From NCBI GenBank assembly GCA_913043225.1, contig CAJWLU010000003.1:64001-128000 (forward strand): a stretch of 64,000 bases of DNA. The letters run 5' to 3'. Positions 9,327-18,586 of this stretch are shown in pieces. Position numbers and translations under genes: made by a program. Origin of the DNA: an uncultured Acidobacteriota bacterium. GTDB taxonomy: Bacteria > Acidobacteriota > Vicinamibacteria > Vicinamibacterales > UBA8438. Each line of letters opens with the position of its first letter. Positions within the stretch are counted from its first letter, which is position 1. The notes below the pieces were generated by a model that saw only the letters and a list, made by a program, of their open reading frames with translations, did no database searches and had not been told where the DNA came from.

Positions 9327-10205
9327 CTAGTCCAGCTCGTTGTAGATCTTGGTCGTGTTCATCTCGGCGCTGGTCAGCGAGCCACGACTCATTGCGTAGT
9401 TGGCGTACCGAGCCGGAAGGTTGAGGTTCTCGGCCGCATCAGCGGCGGTGCGACCGGCTGCCTTCTCGCGCTGCACGGCGGCGAGGAAGTCGCGGTTGAA
9501 CTCGCCGAACTCTCGGAAGTCGGCCCAGGTCATGACCGGGCTGTGGCCGGGGATGACCATGTCGATCCCACTGATGCCGTCGGCGGCCGCCAGCAGCGTT
9601 TCGGGATAGCTCACACCGCTGCCACCGTTGTTCACGTCGATGTAGGGCACACCCTTCCATGCGAACAGGTCGCCGGTGTGGGCTACGCCCAGAGAACGGA
9701 AGACGACGATCGTGTCGCCGTTCGTATGGCCATGCCCGAAGTGGTAGAGGTCGATCGCCTCGTCACCATCGAGCAGCGTCATCCGGTCGGTGTACGTCTC
9801 GCCCGGAAGATACCCGCGTCCGCTGGCCGACTGGAAGGCGTCCATCCTCTCCATGTTGGCTTTTGTATTGGCGTGCGCCACCACGTTGACGCCGGCGTCA
9901 AAGTCGATGTTGCTTCCGACGTGGTCGCCGTGGGTATGGGTGTTGATGATGATCGACACTGGCTTGTCGGTAACCGTCCGCACCTGGGCGAGGATGGCGT
10001 CGCCCCAGCCGGGGTTCTTCGTATCGACCAGCACGACCCCATCGTCGGTCACGTAAGCTGCGGTGTTTCCGCCGCCGCCGGTGATCACATAGAGGTTGTC
10101 CTTGACGTTCGCGATCTCGGCCACGTTGGTCTGTGCGACCGGCCTGCTCATGGTTGCCACCACGCCCACGGCGATCAGCAGACCAAGTACGGCAGTGCGT
10201 CTCAT
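9327..10205 (-). CDS. Secreted metallo-beta-lactamase-fold hydrolase (cyclase-like)
   Basis: THTHGDH, GHTNGD, HTGD and PGH motifs; signal peptide from MRRTAVLG; AAGGGG RBS. Confidence 0.88.
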   Translation of the reverse strand: MRRTAVLGLLIAVGVVATMSRPVAQTNVAEIANVKDNLYVITGGGGNTAAYVTDDGVVLVDTKNPGWGDAILAQVRTVTDKPVSIIINTHTHGDHVGSNIDFDAGVNVVAHANTKANMERMDAFQSASGRGYLPGETYTDRMTLLDGDEAIDLYHFGHGHTNGDTIVVFRSLGVAHTGDLFAWKGVPYIDVNNGGSGVSYPETLLAAADGISGIDMVIPGHSPVMTWADFREFGEFNRDFLAAVQREKAAGRTAADAAENLNLPARYANYAMSRGSLTSAEMNTTKIYNELD

Positions 10206-10270
10206 GACGGGTCCCCTTCCTTGCGATAGTTCGAACGCCACAATATATGCCTGTCCGGTGAAGCTCTCGT

Positions 10271-11530
10271 TTAGCCAGGCTGGTAAGTGGTGAGATGATG
10301 GTCGAGCACCATCTGCTCGGTCAACTGGGTGCCGAATCCGGGTCCTGCGGGGGCGATCACCTCGCCGTTCTCCACCGGGCACGACATGGCGTCAAGGAGC
10401 GGGCCGGGCGGGAAGCTCTCGGCCATGGTGCAGCTGGGTGAGGTGAGCGCAATCGGGAAACCCCAGCAGCTAGCGCCGCGATGCGGGATGAGCTCGAGAC
10501 CGGCCGCCTCCACCAGGCGTGAAATGCGCCGACCCGCCGTCGTGCCTCCGCACCAGGTGATGTCTGGCTGCAGCACCTCGGCTGAGCGCAGCCGAGTCAG
10601 CACCTCAAACCCGTGCTCTGTGTACTCGTGCTCGCCGCACGCAATCTTGGTCCAGCCGGGACCGCCGCCTCCTATTCGTCGAACCAGCTCGGCGTAGCCG
10701 AAGACGTCGTCCGGCGAGAGCAGCTCCTCCATGAAGTAGAGGTTGGCCGGCCTTAGCCGCTCGGCCACTGGCAACGCCCACTCAACGGTGCCGTTCCTGG
10801 AGACACAGTCGGTCATGAGGTTGCCGTCGGGTCCGAGCTCGTCTCGCGCCGCCAGTACAACGTCGATGGCTCGATCTAGATCCGCGGCGGAGGTGTGCGG
10901 CCCCACCGGCAGGGAGCGTTTGAAGTTACGGATCCCTGCGGCTTTGCCCTGTGCGATGTCGCCGCCGGTCTGGTAGATCGGGATCCGGTCGCGCGTGGTA
11001 CCCCCGAGGAGCTCGTAGACCGGCTGGCCGGTATGCTTGCCGGCAATGTCCCACAGCGCGTTGTCGACCGCGCTGAGCGCCATGGCGAACACCCCGCGGC
11101 GTCCATAGAGGACGGCCGAGGTATACATCTGGTCCCAGAGTTGCTCGACGTTCAGCGGGTTGGCCCCGAGGACCAGGTACTTCAGGTGCCCGTCGATGAT
11201 CTCCACCGCCGCCGATCCGCCGGCCCCCATCCCGAAGCCCGTGATGCCCTGGTCGGTCTTGATGACTGCGATGATGGCCGAGGGCAGTTGCTCAAAGGGG
11301 CCTCCCCAACGCCAGCGACGTGGGTCGTCGTCGCCGTCGAAGGTGGGCGGGTCGAGGAGGCCTTCGGAACGCCGGTTGATGTAGATCGGGTAGGCATCGA
11401 CCGCGTCGACCCGGATCGACGGCGACTGGGCGGCGAAGAGCTCACGGCCAGAACCGCCGGCGGCCGCCAGAGCGGCCAGGCCTGCACTCTGGCGAAGGAA
11501 GCGGCGACGGCTGGGCAGAGACGTGGTCAT
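10271..11530 (-). CDS. Tat-exported mandelate racemase/enolase-superfamily enzyme (acid-sugar dehydratase-like)
   Basis: SRRRFLR; ALSAVDNALWDIAGK; metal ligands in MTDC, MEE and GEHEY; LQPDITWCGG; IPH. Confidence 0.85.
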   Translation of the reverse strand: MTTSLPSRRRFLRQSAGLAALAAAGGSGRELFAAQSPSIRVDAVDAYPIYINRRSEGLLDPPTFDGDDDPRRWRWGGPFEQLPSAIIAVIKTDQGITGFGMGAGGSAAVEIIDGHLKYLVLGANPLNVEQLWDQMYTSAVLYGRRGVFAMALSAVDNALWDIAGKHTGQPVYELLGGTTRDRIPIYQTGGDIAQGKAAGIRNFKRSLPVGPHTSAADLDRAIDVVLAARDELGPDGNLMTDCVSRNGTVEWALPVAERLRPANLYFMEELLSPDDVFGYAELVRRIGGGGPGWTKIACGEHEYTEHGFEVLTRLRSAEVLQPDITWCGGTTAGRRISRLVEAAGLELIPHRGASCWGFPIALTSPSCTMAESFPPGPLLDAMSCPVENGEVIAPAGPGFGTQLTEQMVLDHHLTTYQPG

Positions 11531-13035
11531 CGACTAGCCGGCACCGCCTCCATGAGATGCGCCAGGGCGGCGCGCAGGGCGCGGCCGCCGGCCCGCTGCC
11601 CCGCGTAGTGGCCTTGGCGAACGACTACCAGGTCGTGTGAAGGGATGATGAGCGTGGTCTGGCCGCCGGCGCCAGACATGTAGTACGCGTCGCGTGGCAC
11701 CGGGAACGTGCCCGTGCCATTGATCCAGAAGAATCCGCCGTAGATCGGCCGGCCGTCAGCTTCCCACGCCGGCGCCAGCGTGCTCACAAACTCGGCGTAG
11801 CCCTCCGGCAGAATCCGTTCGCCGTTCCACATCCCGTCCTGTAGATACAGGTTGCCGAGCCGAGCCCAGTCACGGGCCGGCGCCAGCTCGTAGCCCTGCA
11901 GCAGATAATTGCCATGCGGATCGGTCTCGAGCACGAACCCGCGGGCGCCGATCCTGTCGAACAGCTCGCGCTGCGGAAAAGACAGATACTCGTCGCTGCG
12001 TCCTTCCACACCGAGACGGACGAGATAGTTGATGAGCACCGGATCCGAGTTGCGATAGCGGCCGATGATGTTGGGCGGCCACTGCTGCGGTCGCGTCGCG
12101 GCCCACTCGAACGAGTTGACGGTGCCTGTGTAGACGTACAGGTGGTCCGGGTAGCCGAGCGTGGGGTCCAAGTCGGGGTCGGCCACGCCCTGGAACCTAA
12201 GGCCGCTCGACATTCGGAGGATGTCGGCGATCCGGATCTCCTGCCGCGGGTCACCCGGCTCCTGCCACTCGGGGATCGGCGCCGGCTGGTAGAGCTCGTA
12301 GGTCCCCTGCTGGATCAGCACGCCCATCAGCGTTGCGGTCAGACTCTTGCCCATCGACCAGCTCTCGAGTGGCGTGTGCATGGTGATGCCGTCGCCGTAG
12401 CGTTCCCCGATGATGCGCCCTTTGTGGGTGACGACCAGTGCCGCCGTCATCCCGGCCGGGTCGAATCCCGCGTCGAGCGCTTGGGCCAGGCGGTCCTGGT
12501 CGATCTCGGCCGGGAGGGGCGTTTCAGGGAGCATGTCGCCCAGAGGCCACGGCTGCGTGGATGGATCGGGGAGGGTGCTGGTGATCTCGACCGGCTCAAA
12601 AAAGACGTCGTCCTCGCCGATCGGTAACGCCACACAGCCGTGGTCGCCGTTGAACTTTGCGGTTCGCACCACGCCGTCCGGCAGCGACAGGCTGATCTGT
12701 CGCAGGTCGTGGTCAACCTCGATGGCGGTCACGTGACGCCGCTGTTCGTAGGGCGCGCTGAAGAACCCGACGTTCTCGGCCGCGAACTCCGGGTCGAGTC
12801 CAGTGACGAACACCGCCGAGCAAAGCGTCTTTGCGAATCCCGCCGTGTGATGCCAGATCGGGTCGCCCGGCGGCGCCTCGTACTCGGTGTCGAGCTCGAC
12901 CGCCGCGGCACGCGCCAGCAGGGCGTCACGTCCGCTTTGTGCTTCCGCCTCATTCGTTGAGGGCGAGGTCAGCGTCAGCATGGCGACCACAACACCCATG
13001 ACGGCAACGCCGCCCGCTCGGATGGATCTGGACAT
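11527..13035 (-). CDS. Secreted serine hydrolase, beta-lactamase class C-like
   Basis: SWSMGKS (SxxK), LRMSSGL, RYRN, GAGGQ; signal peptide; 4-nt overlap with the downstream gene. Confidence 0.85.
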   Translation of the reverse strand: MSRSIRAGGVAVMGVVVAMLTLTSPSTNEAEAQSGRDALLARAAAVELDTEYEAPPGDPIWHHTAGFAKTLCSAVFVTGLDPEFAAENVGFFSAPYEQRRHVTAIEVDHDLRQISLSLPDGVVRTAKFNGDHGCVALPIGEDDVFFEPVEITSTLPDPSTQPWPLGDMLPETPLPAEIDQDRLAQALDAGFDPAGMTAALVVTHKGRIIGERYGDGITMHTPLESWSMGKSLTATLMGVLIQQGTYELYQPAPIPEWQEPGDPRQEIRIADILRMSSGLRFQGVADPDLDPTLGYPDHLYVYTGTVNSFEWAATRPQQWPPNIIGRYRNSDPVLINYLVRLGVEGRSDEYLSFPQRELFDRIGARGFVLETDPHGNYLLQGYELAPARDWARLGNLYLQDGMWNGERILPEGYAEFVSTLAPAWEADGRPIYGGFFWINGTGTFPVPRDAYYMSGAGGQTTLIIPSHDLVVVRQGHYAGQRAGGRALRAALAHLMEAVPASR

Positions 13036-13101
13036 GGTCTCTCCTTGGCTTGCAATCGAAGCCTAGCACGGGCGACATCGGTTGACTTCCCCGGTCTTCT
13101 C

Positions 13102-14613
13102 ATGTCTCCTGTCTCCTGGCTTCTGTCTACTGACGGACCCTCCTCCTTGCTGTTCACAGACCCCACTTTTCTCCTGCGTTTCCTCCCACTGTCGCTTGCC
13201 GCGTTCTTTCTGGCGCTGGCGGTGACGCCGCGGTCGTGGCGCGTATCGGGGCGGCGATTTACCTTCGCCAATCTGGTGTTGCTGACCAGTGGCCTCTGGT
13301 TCTTGTTGGTCGGAGCCGGCGTCTACGCGCCATGGCTGGTGGGGCTGGTGGTGGGGAACTACGTGGCTGGGTTGAGCATCGACCGTCTCCGCCAGCGTGC
13401 CGAGGCAACCGGCGCCTCGACTCCGTTGCCAGAGGCGATGTTGACACTCGCGCTGACCGCCAACCTCGTCATGCTACTGGTCAGCAAGTACGCGCTGGCG
13501 TTACCAGAGCCTGTGGGTGCCACGGGGTTTGCGATGCCCCAACTCCTGGCGCCACTCGGCATGCTGGTGGTCGTATGCCAGGCCACCTCCTACGTCGTGG
13601 ACGTGTTCCGCGGCGAGTTTCCGGCGCAGCGCAGTCCGATCCGGGCCGGCGTCTACATGCTGTGTTTTCCGTTGCTCTGCGCAGGGCCGCTCGTCCGGTA
13701 CGGTGAGTTGGGGCGTCAGCTGGCCGATCGACGTGTCACCCTGGCCGGTTTCTCGTACGGCGTGAGGAGATGGCTTGTCGGCTACTGCAAGGTGGCACTC
13801 TTTGCGCGGATTCTCGGTGAGCCTGTCGACCTGATGTTCGGCTTGGGTGCCAGCGAGCTCGGTGTCGGAACGGCGTGGCTCGGGGCCGTCTTCTTCACCC
13901 TGCAGATCTATCTGGATCTTTCCGGGTACGCCGACATGGCCATCGGCTTCGGCCGCATGTACGGGTTCCGGGTGGGCGAGCACTTCCGGTGGCCCTACGG
14001 GGCCGATTCGCTCACCGAGTTCTGGCGCCGCTGGCAGGTGACACTGGGCGACTGGTGCGCGGCCTACCTCCGCGTGTCGCTCGATCCTGAGTCCGAGCGG
14101 TCACGTTGGCTGGACGTCCGATCGGTACTCCTGCTGTTTCTGGCGCTGGCCTTGTGGCACGGACCGGGGTGGACCGTGGCGCTCTGGGCGGGGCTGCACG
14201 GGCTTCTGGTCGTGGTCGAGCGGCATTGGTTGAGTGCTTGGCTCACGCGGCTGCCCGTGTCGGTGCGCCGGGTTTACCTGCTGCTGACATTGGCCGTGCT
14301 TTGGGTGCTGTTCCGGGCTCCGTCGCTCGATGGTGCCGGAATCGTGCTGCGGGCGATGCTGGGGCTGGGAGCCGCCGGGAAACCGATCGCGTTCGAGCTC
14401 GAGCTGTTCGAATGGGTCGCCATCGCTTTGGCGGCCCTGTCGACCGTGCCCGTATGGCCCAGCTTCAGTCGCTGGCTGGTGGCGGTGGATGCGCTCACCA
14501 CTTCCACCATCATCCTGCTGTCGGCCAGTTTCCTCTATTTGTGGCGTAGCCTCGTACGCGGTTTGTGGTTTGCCACCGGTCGCTCCGAGCGTCATGACGA
14601 GCCTGAGAAGTAG
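13102..14613 (+). CDS. MBOAT family O-acyltransferase (AlgI/DltB-like)
   Basis: SYVVDVFR, FPLLCAGPLVR, LQIYLDLSGYADMAIG, EFWRRWQ, LWHG. Start uncertain. Confidence 0.88.
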   Translation: MSPVSWLLSTDGPSSLLFTDPTFLLRFLPLSLAAFFLALAVTPRSWRVSGRRFTFANLVLLTSGLWFLLVGAGVYAPWLVGLVVGNYVAGLSIDRLRQRAEATGASTPLPEAMLTLALTANLVMLLVSKYALALPEPVGATGFAMPQLLAPLGMLVVVCQATSYVVDVFRGEFPAQRSPIRAGVYMLCFPLLCAGPLVRYGELGRQLADRRVTLAGFSYGVRRWLVGYCKVALFARILGEPVDLMFGLGASELGVGTAWLGAVFFTLQIYLDLSGYADMAIGFGRMYGFRVGEHFRWPYGADSLTEFWRRWQVTLGDWCAAYLRVSLDPESERSRWLDVRSVLLLFLALALWHGPGWTVALWAGLHGLLVVVERHWLSAWLTRLPVSVRRVYLLLTLAVLWVLFRAPSLDGAGIVLRAMLGLGAAGKPIAFELELFEWVAIALAALSTVPVWPSFSRWLVAVDALTTSTIILLSASFLYLWRSLVRGLWFATGRSERHDEPEK

Positions 14614-14804
14614 CGGCCGGGCATAGCGCCGAACACCGAGCGGAACATCGCGACGAACGCATTGGAACTGTCATAGCCAACGTGGAGCGCCACCGATGTG
14701 CCGTCGGGCAGCAGCACTAGCGATCGATGTAGTCGGACCTGACTGCGCCACGGTTGAAACGACAGCCCGTTCTCGGCGAGAAAGCGTGCGAGGTGTGAAT
14801 TGGC
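14592..14804 (-). pseudogene. C-terminal HTH remnant of an AraC-family regulator
   Basis: Hand translation: RFLAENGLSFQPWRSQVRLHRSLVLLPDGTSVALHVGYDSSNAFVAMFRSVFGAMPGRY. No start codon; not in the ORF track. Confidence 0.75.
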
Positions 14805-15671
14805 CTACGCCTCTTCAGGTTTCCGTGCCTGCATGCCGCTGACCCGCTTGCCCTTAACCGTGATTGGCCAGCGTGACGGCTCGTGGTGCGCGAGATACTC
14901 GCGGCGCGAGACCGAGCCGATGATCATCGACTTGGTTAGCCACCAGTTCTTGGGGCGCGCCCCGAAAATGATGTGCGCCACGCTCAGACCGGCAAGCGAG
15001 AGTCCGGTCATGCCGTGAAAGACATACACCCATCCCCAGGTGCCTTCGCCCAGGATGTAGGGATTTGGGGTGATGAACGGGGTGCCCATCCGCCACAGCA
15101 TCACCATGCCGGTCAGGCTCACCGTGCAGCCCACGAAGGTGAGTACTAGGTGGTAGAGCCGGTTCCCGATCGGGTACTTGGCCGGGTGCGGTCCGGGTAC
15201 GTCGTGCCCTGCTTCCCGCATTACCTCGGCCTTGAACTCGGGAATATCCTTGGGACCGACCCAAATCGACCAGAAGTCGAGGAAGAAGACCGTGTGAAAG
15301 ATGTGATAGACGATGGCGCCGGTGAGCACAAGCCCTGCCGTGTAGTGGATAGTGACCCAATCGAATTGCCACCCCATGATCGGGAAGAACGCGGTGCCCA
15401 GTAGCGTGAAGATGGAGCCTGCCATCACCCAGTGGAACAGCCGCGCCATGAACGTGTGGCGCTTTACCCGCTTCGGCAGTTCGGGATACCTGGTCTCGAG
15501 CTCGTCGGTGTCCTGCTCGGCCCGCACCCGGTGCGCCGACAGGATGATGTAGGACGCGTGTGCGACCAGGAAGGTGATGAACACGAACACCGAGACCCAG
15601 AGCGCGTTCCAGGCCACGTGCGTGAGGACCGTGCGTCCCCACGGATCTGTAGCGGTTTCAAGGAAATCCAA
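14805..15671 (-). CDS. Membrane b-type cytochrome (formate dehydrogenase gamma / Ni-hydrogenase cyt b family)
   Basis: RHTFMARLFHW, IHY, AKYPIGNRLYH, VFHG...AHI; 4-5 TM helices; TTG start. Confidence 0.8.
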   Translation of the reverse strand: MDFLETATDPWGRTVLTHVAWNALWVSVFVFITFLVAHASYIILSAHRVRAEQDTDELETRYPELPKRVKRHTFMARLFHWVMAGSIFTLLGTAFFPIMGWQFDWVTIHYTAGLVLTGAIVYHIFHTVFFLDFWSIWVGPKDIPEFKAEVMREAGHDVPGPHPAKYPIGNRLYHLVLTFVGCTVSLTGMVMLWRMGTPFITPNPYILGEGTWGWVYVFHGMTGLSLAGLSVAHIIFGARPKNWWLTKSMIIGSVSRREYLAHHEPSRWPITVKGKRVSGMQARKPEEA

Positions 15672-15723
15672 GGCGCAGCGATTCTAACAGGTCAACCAAA
15701 GCCCAAAGTCGGGGTGAGCGTCC

Positions 15724-18246
15724 CTATCGCATATACCCGAGACTGCGGAGCCGCTGGATCTCCTCGGGGCTCATGTCGGCCGCGGCGTCCTCGTCGGTAG
15801 GCAGTTTTCTAGCTTCGGCGTAGCGGAGCCGCTCGGCTAGCGCGTCCTTGAGCCGTTCGACGATCTCTGGGTGGTCGGCCGCCACGTCGTGGTGGTTGAT
15901 CGGGTCCTCGGCGTGGTTGTAGAGCTCCCATTCGGTCATCTCCTCGGGAGGGTCGACGTTCTGGACCAGTTTCCATCCGTCCAGCACCACCGCGTACTGA
16001 TCCACATCGTCGAGCGCACGCTCACGGTTGCTTGGTATCCGTTTCCGCTCGGTGAAGGCGGCCCGCTCGACCCAGCCAGTGGCTGCTGGATCCTCAGGGC
16101 TGGCTATGAGTGGAAGCAGACTCTGTCCCTGGACGAGCTCTGGCACAGGAACCCCGGCTAGCTCAAGTAGTGTTGGCATCATACTGAGCGTTTCGACCGT
16201 GTCCTCGACGATGAGCCCCGACGGCAGTACGCCGGGCCAGTGCATCAGCAGCGGCACGTTCACCGCTTCGCCATACACGGTGTTGCCATGCCAGCCCCAG
16301 CCATGGTCGAGAAACTCCTCTCCGTGGTCGCTGACGAAGGTTAGCAGCGTGTCCGCCGCGAGCCCCCGTTGTTCGAGTCCCTCCATGAGCCGGGCCACCT
16401 CCGCGTCCATGCCGCGGATCGACCCGTCGTACCAGTCGAGCTGGTGTGCGGCGTAGGCGTCGGCGTCGACACCGGCCGCTTCCAGTTCCTCCCGGTTGGG
16501 GAACCGTTCCGGATCGAAACGGTTGCCATCGGCGCGGCGGCGCTCCTCCCCGAGCGAGTCGTTCACTGCTTCGAGATCCGTCTCGTGTCGCTCTTTCCCG
16601 TCAGCGGCGGCATACAGCAGGTCGTACGGCGGATAGGGCTCGTAGCGATCGTGGGGGTCGAACGCATGAAGGAAGGCGAAGAACGGGACGTCGTGGCGGT
16701 CGTCCAGCCAGGTGAGGAACCGGTCGACGTAGGTGCGCGCGGTCTTCGAGCTGCTGTGGCCTAAGCTGTCGTTGTCGATCGACGCCCGTTCGTGCAGCAC
16801 CTCCATGCCCTGGTGCAGGTTGCTCAGCCGTCCAGTGAATGGCACCGACGAGGTGCCAAAGGTGGCGTAGCCAGCTCTGCGAAACGCCTCGGCCAGCGTC
16901 GTGGCGCTCGATGACAGCCGATCGGGTGGACCGAGGATGCCCGTGGACGTCGGGTAGACGCCGCTCATCAGCGACGGCACGGCCACCTTCGTCCAGGTGC
17001 CCGGTGAGATTGGGTCGGCAAAGCGGACCCCGTTCTCGGCGAGCGCTGTCAACGTCGGAGCCGTCTCGCGGCTATGCCCCCAGGCGTCGAGGTGGTCGTG
17101 GCGCAGGGTGTCGCCGAGGAAGATGATCACCCCCTGGGGCGCACGGGCGCCGCCGTCAGCGAGAGCCGCGCGCGCCTCGGTGATGTTGTCCGCATTCGGG
17201 ACGAACTCGGCGCCGCTGTTGCGTACCACCGGTGTTCCCCAGTAGCCGACAAGCCCGTCTTCGGCGCCGTCGAGAGACAGCGTGAGCGTTATGTCCTGTC
17301 CATTGAATGCCGACAGATCGATCCGCTGCGGCTCCCATCGTCTCGGCAGGGTCACGGTGCGCTGCCAGATCGAAGCGTCGTCGACCCTGACGTCGAAGGT
17401 GACCGGATGGTCCTCGACGGTCCCGACCGCCAGATCGAGCCAGGGGGTGTCGGGCAGCGTGAGGTCGAGCGACACCGACTCCGGCGCGCGGCTCACGATC
17501 GTCTCCCGGAAGACGTTGTCGAGCCCCTGCCAGCCTGGCCCCGAGGGGATTGACCGCAGGTGCTCCTTCTGTGCGATCAGCCGGACCGATTCGATGGCGA
17601 ACTCCGCATCGGCGACGTCAGTCGGCCGGATCAGGATGTTACGGGTGCCCCCGGCCGAGAACGACTGCCCGGGGTTCTCGAGTCGGTAGGTGTGAAATTC
17701 GTCGCCCGGTTCCAGATCGGCGTGCAGCGGATCCTCGGCCGACTCACGGACGCTTCGGAGGGTCCGCTCCTCGTCGAGTTTGCTGGCCCCGCTGAACCGC
17801 ACGCCGAGCTGCGAGCCGGCCGACACCCGCATGCTGATTTCGACCGCATGCAGAATGTCGTTCTCGTCGAGTACGTTCTCTGGACGCACGGCGTGGAGGA
17901 CCGGAAGCTCGCCGGTTGTGCCCACCAGTTGACCGTCGACGACCTCCAGGTCCTCGACGTCGTTCAGTGCCCGCCAGCCGAACGTGTCGGTCAGGTCTTC
18001 CGGCTCTTCGGCGTTCTCTTCCTCGTCGTCGTCCTCGGACGGCTCGGGAGGCTCTGGTAGCCCGATTGTGCCGTTGCCGTCGAACCGCCATCCGGTCGGT
18101 TCGCCGGGCAGGACGTCTACCGTGCCGCTGACGGTGGCGTCGTCGAACACGTCGACGATCCTCAGTGCGATGCCGTCTGGCGCAGTGCCGCACGAGGCGA
18201 GAGCAATTGTGCCGAGGGCAGCGGTGAGGGCATGCAGCGCGCGCAT
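15724..18246 (-). CDS. Lipoprotein of the sulfatase/alkaline phosphatase superfamily with an N-terminal beta-rich extension
   Basis: LASC lipobox; DTLRHDHL, DPHD, YDG, SDHGEEF, HG, ELYN, RLRSLGY; AGGAG RBS before ATG 18246. Confidence 0.85.
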   Translation of the reverse strand: MRALHALTAALGTIALASCGTAPDGIALRIVDVFDDATVSGTVDVLPGEPTGWRFDGNGTIGLPEPPEPSEDDDEEENAEEPEDLTDTFGWRALNDVEDLEVVDGQLVGTTGELPVLHAVRPENVLDENDILHAVEISMRVSAGSQLGVRFSGASKLDEERTLRSVRESAEDPLHADLEPGDEFHTYRLENPGQSFSAGGTRNILIRPTDVADAEFAIESVRLIAQKEHLRSIPSGPGWQGLDNVFRETIVSRAPESVSLDLTLPDTPWLDLAVGTVEDHPVTFDVRVDDASIWQRTVTLPRRWEPQRIDLSAFNGQDITLTLSLDGAEDGLVGYWGTPVVRNSGAEFVPNADNITEARAALADGGARAPQGVIIFLGDTLRHDHLDAWGHSRETAPTLTALAENGVRFADPISPGTWTKVAVPSLMSGVYPTSTGILGPPDRLSSSATTLAEAFRRAGYATFGTSSVPFTGRLSNLHQGMEVLHERASIDNDSLGHSSSKTARTYVDRFLTWLDDRHDVPFFAFLHAFDPHDRYEPYPPYDLLYAAADGKERHETDLEAVNDSLGEERRRADGNRFDPERFPNREELEAAGVDADAYAAHQLDWYDGSIRGMDAEVARLMEGLEQRGLAADTLLTFVSDHGEEFLDHGWGWHGNTVYGEAVNVPLLMHWPGVLPSGLIVEDTVETLSMMPTLLELAGVPVPELVQGQSLLPLIASPEDPAATGWVERAAFTERKRIPSNRERALDDVDQYAVVLDGWKLVQNVDPPEEMTEWELYNHAEDPINHHDVAADHPEIVERLKDALAERLRYAEARKLPTDEDAAADMSPEEIQRLRSLGYMR

Positions 18247-18586
18247 CGGGCTTTCTCCTGATCCTTCAGCCGAGTGAGTTCCAATCATACAGGTCGTGTG
18301 GTGCGAGCTGAGGGTTGCGGCTCGAAGAACAAGAACCGAGTCGCGTCGCGTGGTCGGTCATACAATGGGCGTTCCTGGTGCTCATTGCTCATGAACACGC
18401 GCCGACGGGGCGTCTCGCTGCTGCCGAGGCGCTGCGACGGTTCGGGTTGTCGGAGGACGCCGACGCCGCGTGAACGCGCAGGGGTTCGGCGGCAGTTTCG
18501 CATCTACGTGCCGCAGCTACTCGACAAGAGCCTGGCCGACCTGGATTAGGCGCGACGCTCACCACTCACACCGGAGGAATACATCT

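Noticed and set aside
14592..15671. AraC remnant in frame after the cytochrome b TAG, suggesting read-through or a pyrrolysine fusion
   Set aside because: One-in-three chance of being in frame; no pyl genes seen; the HTH is incomplete.
18361..18549. Short frames resembling a receiver start (VLIAHEH) and a kinase end (FRIYVP)
   Set aside because: Too short and degenerate to support without a search.
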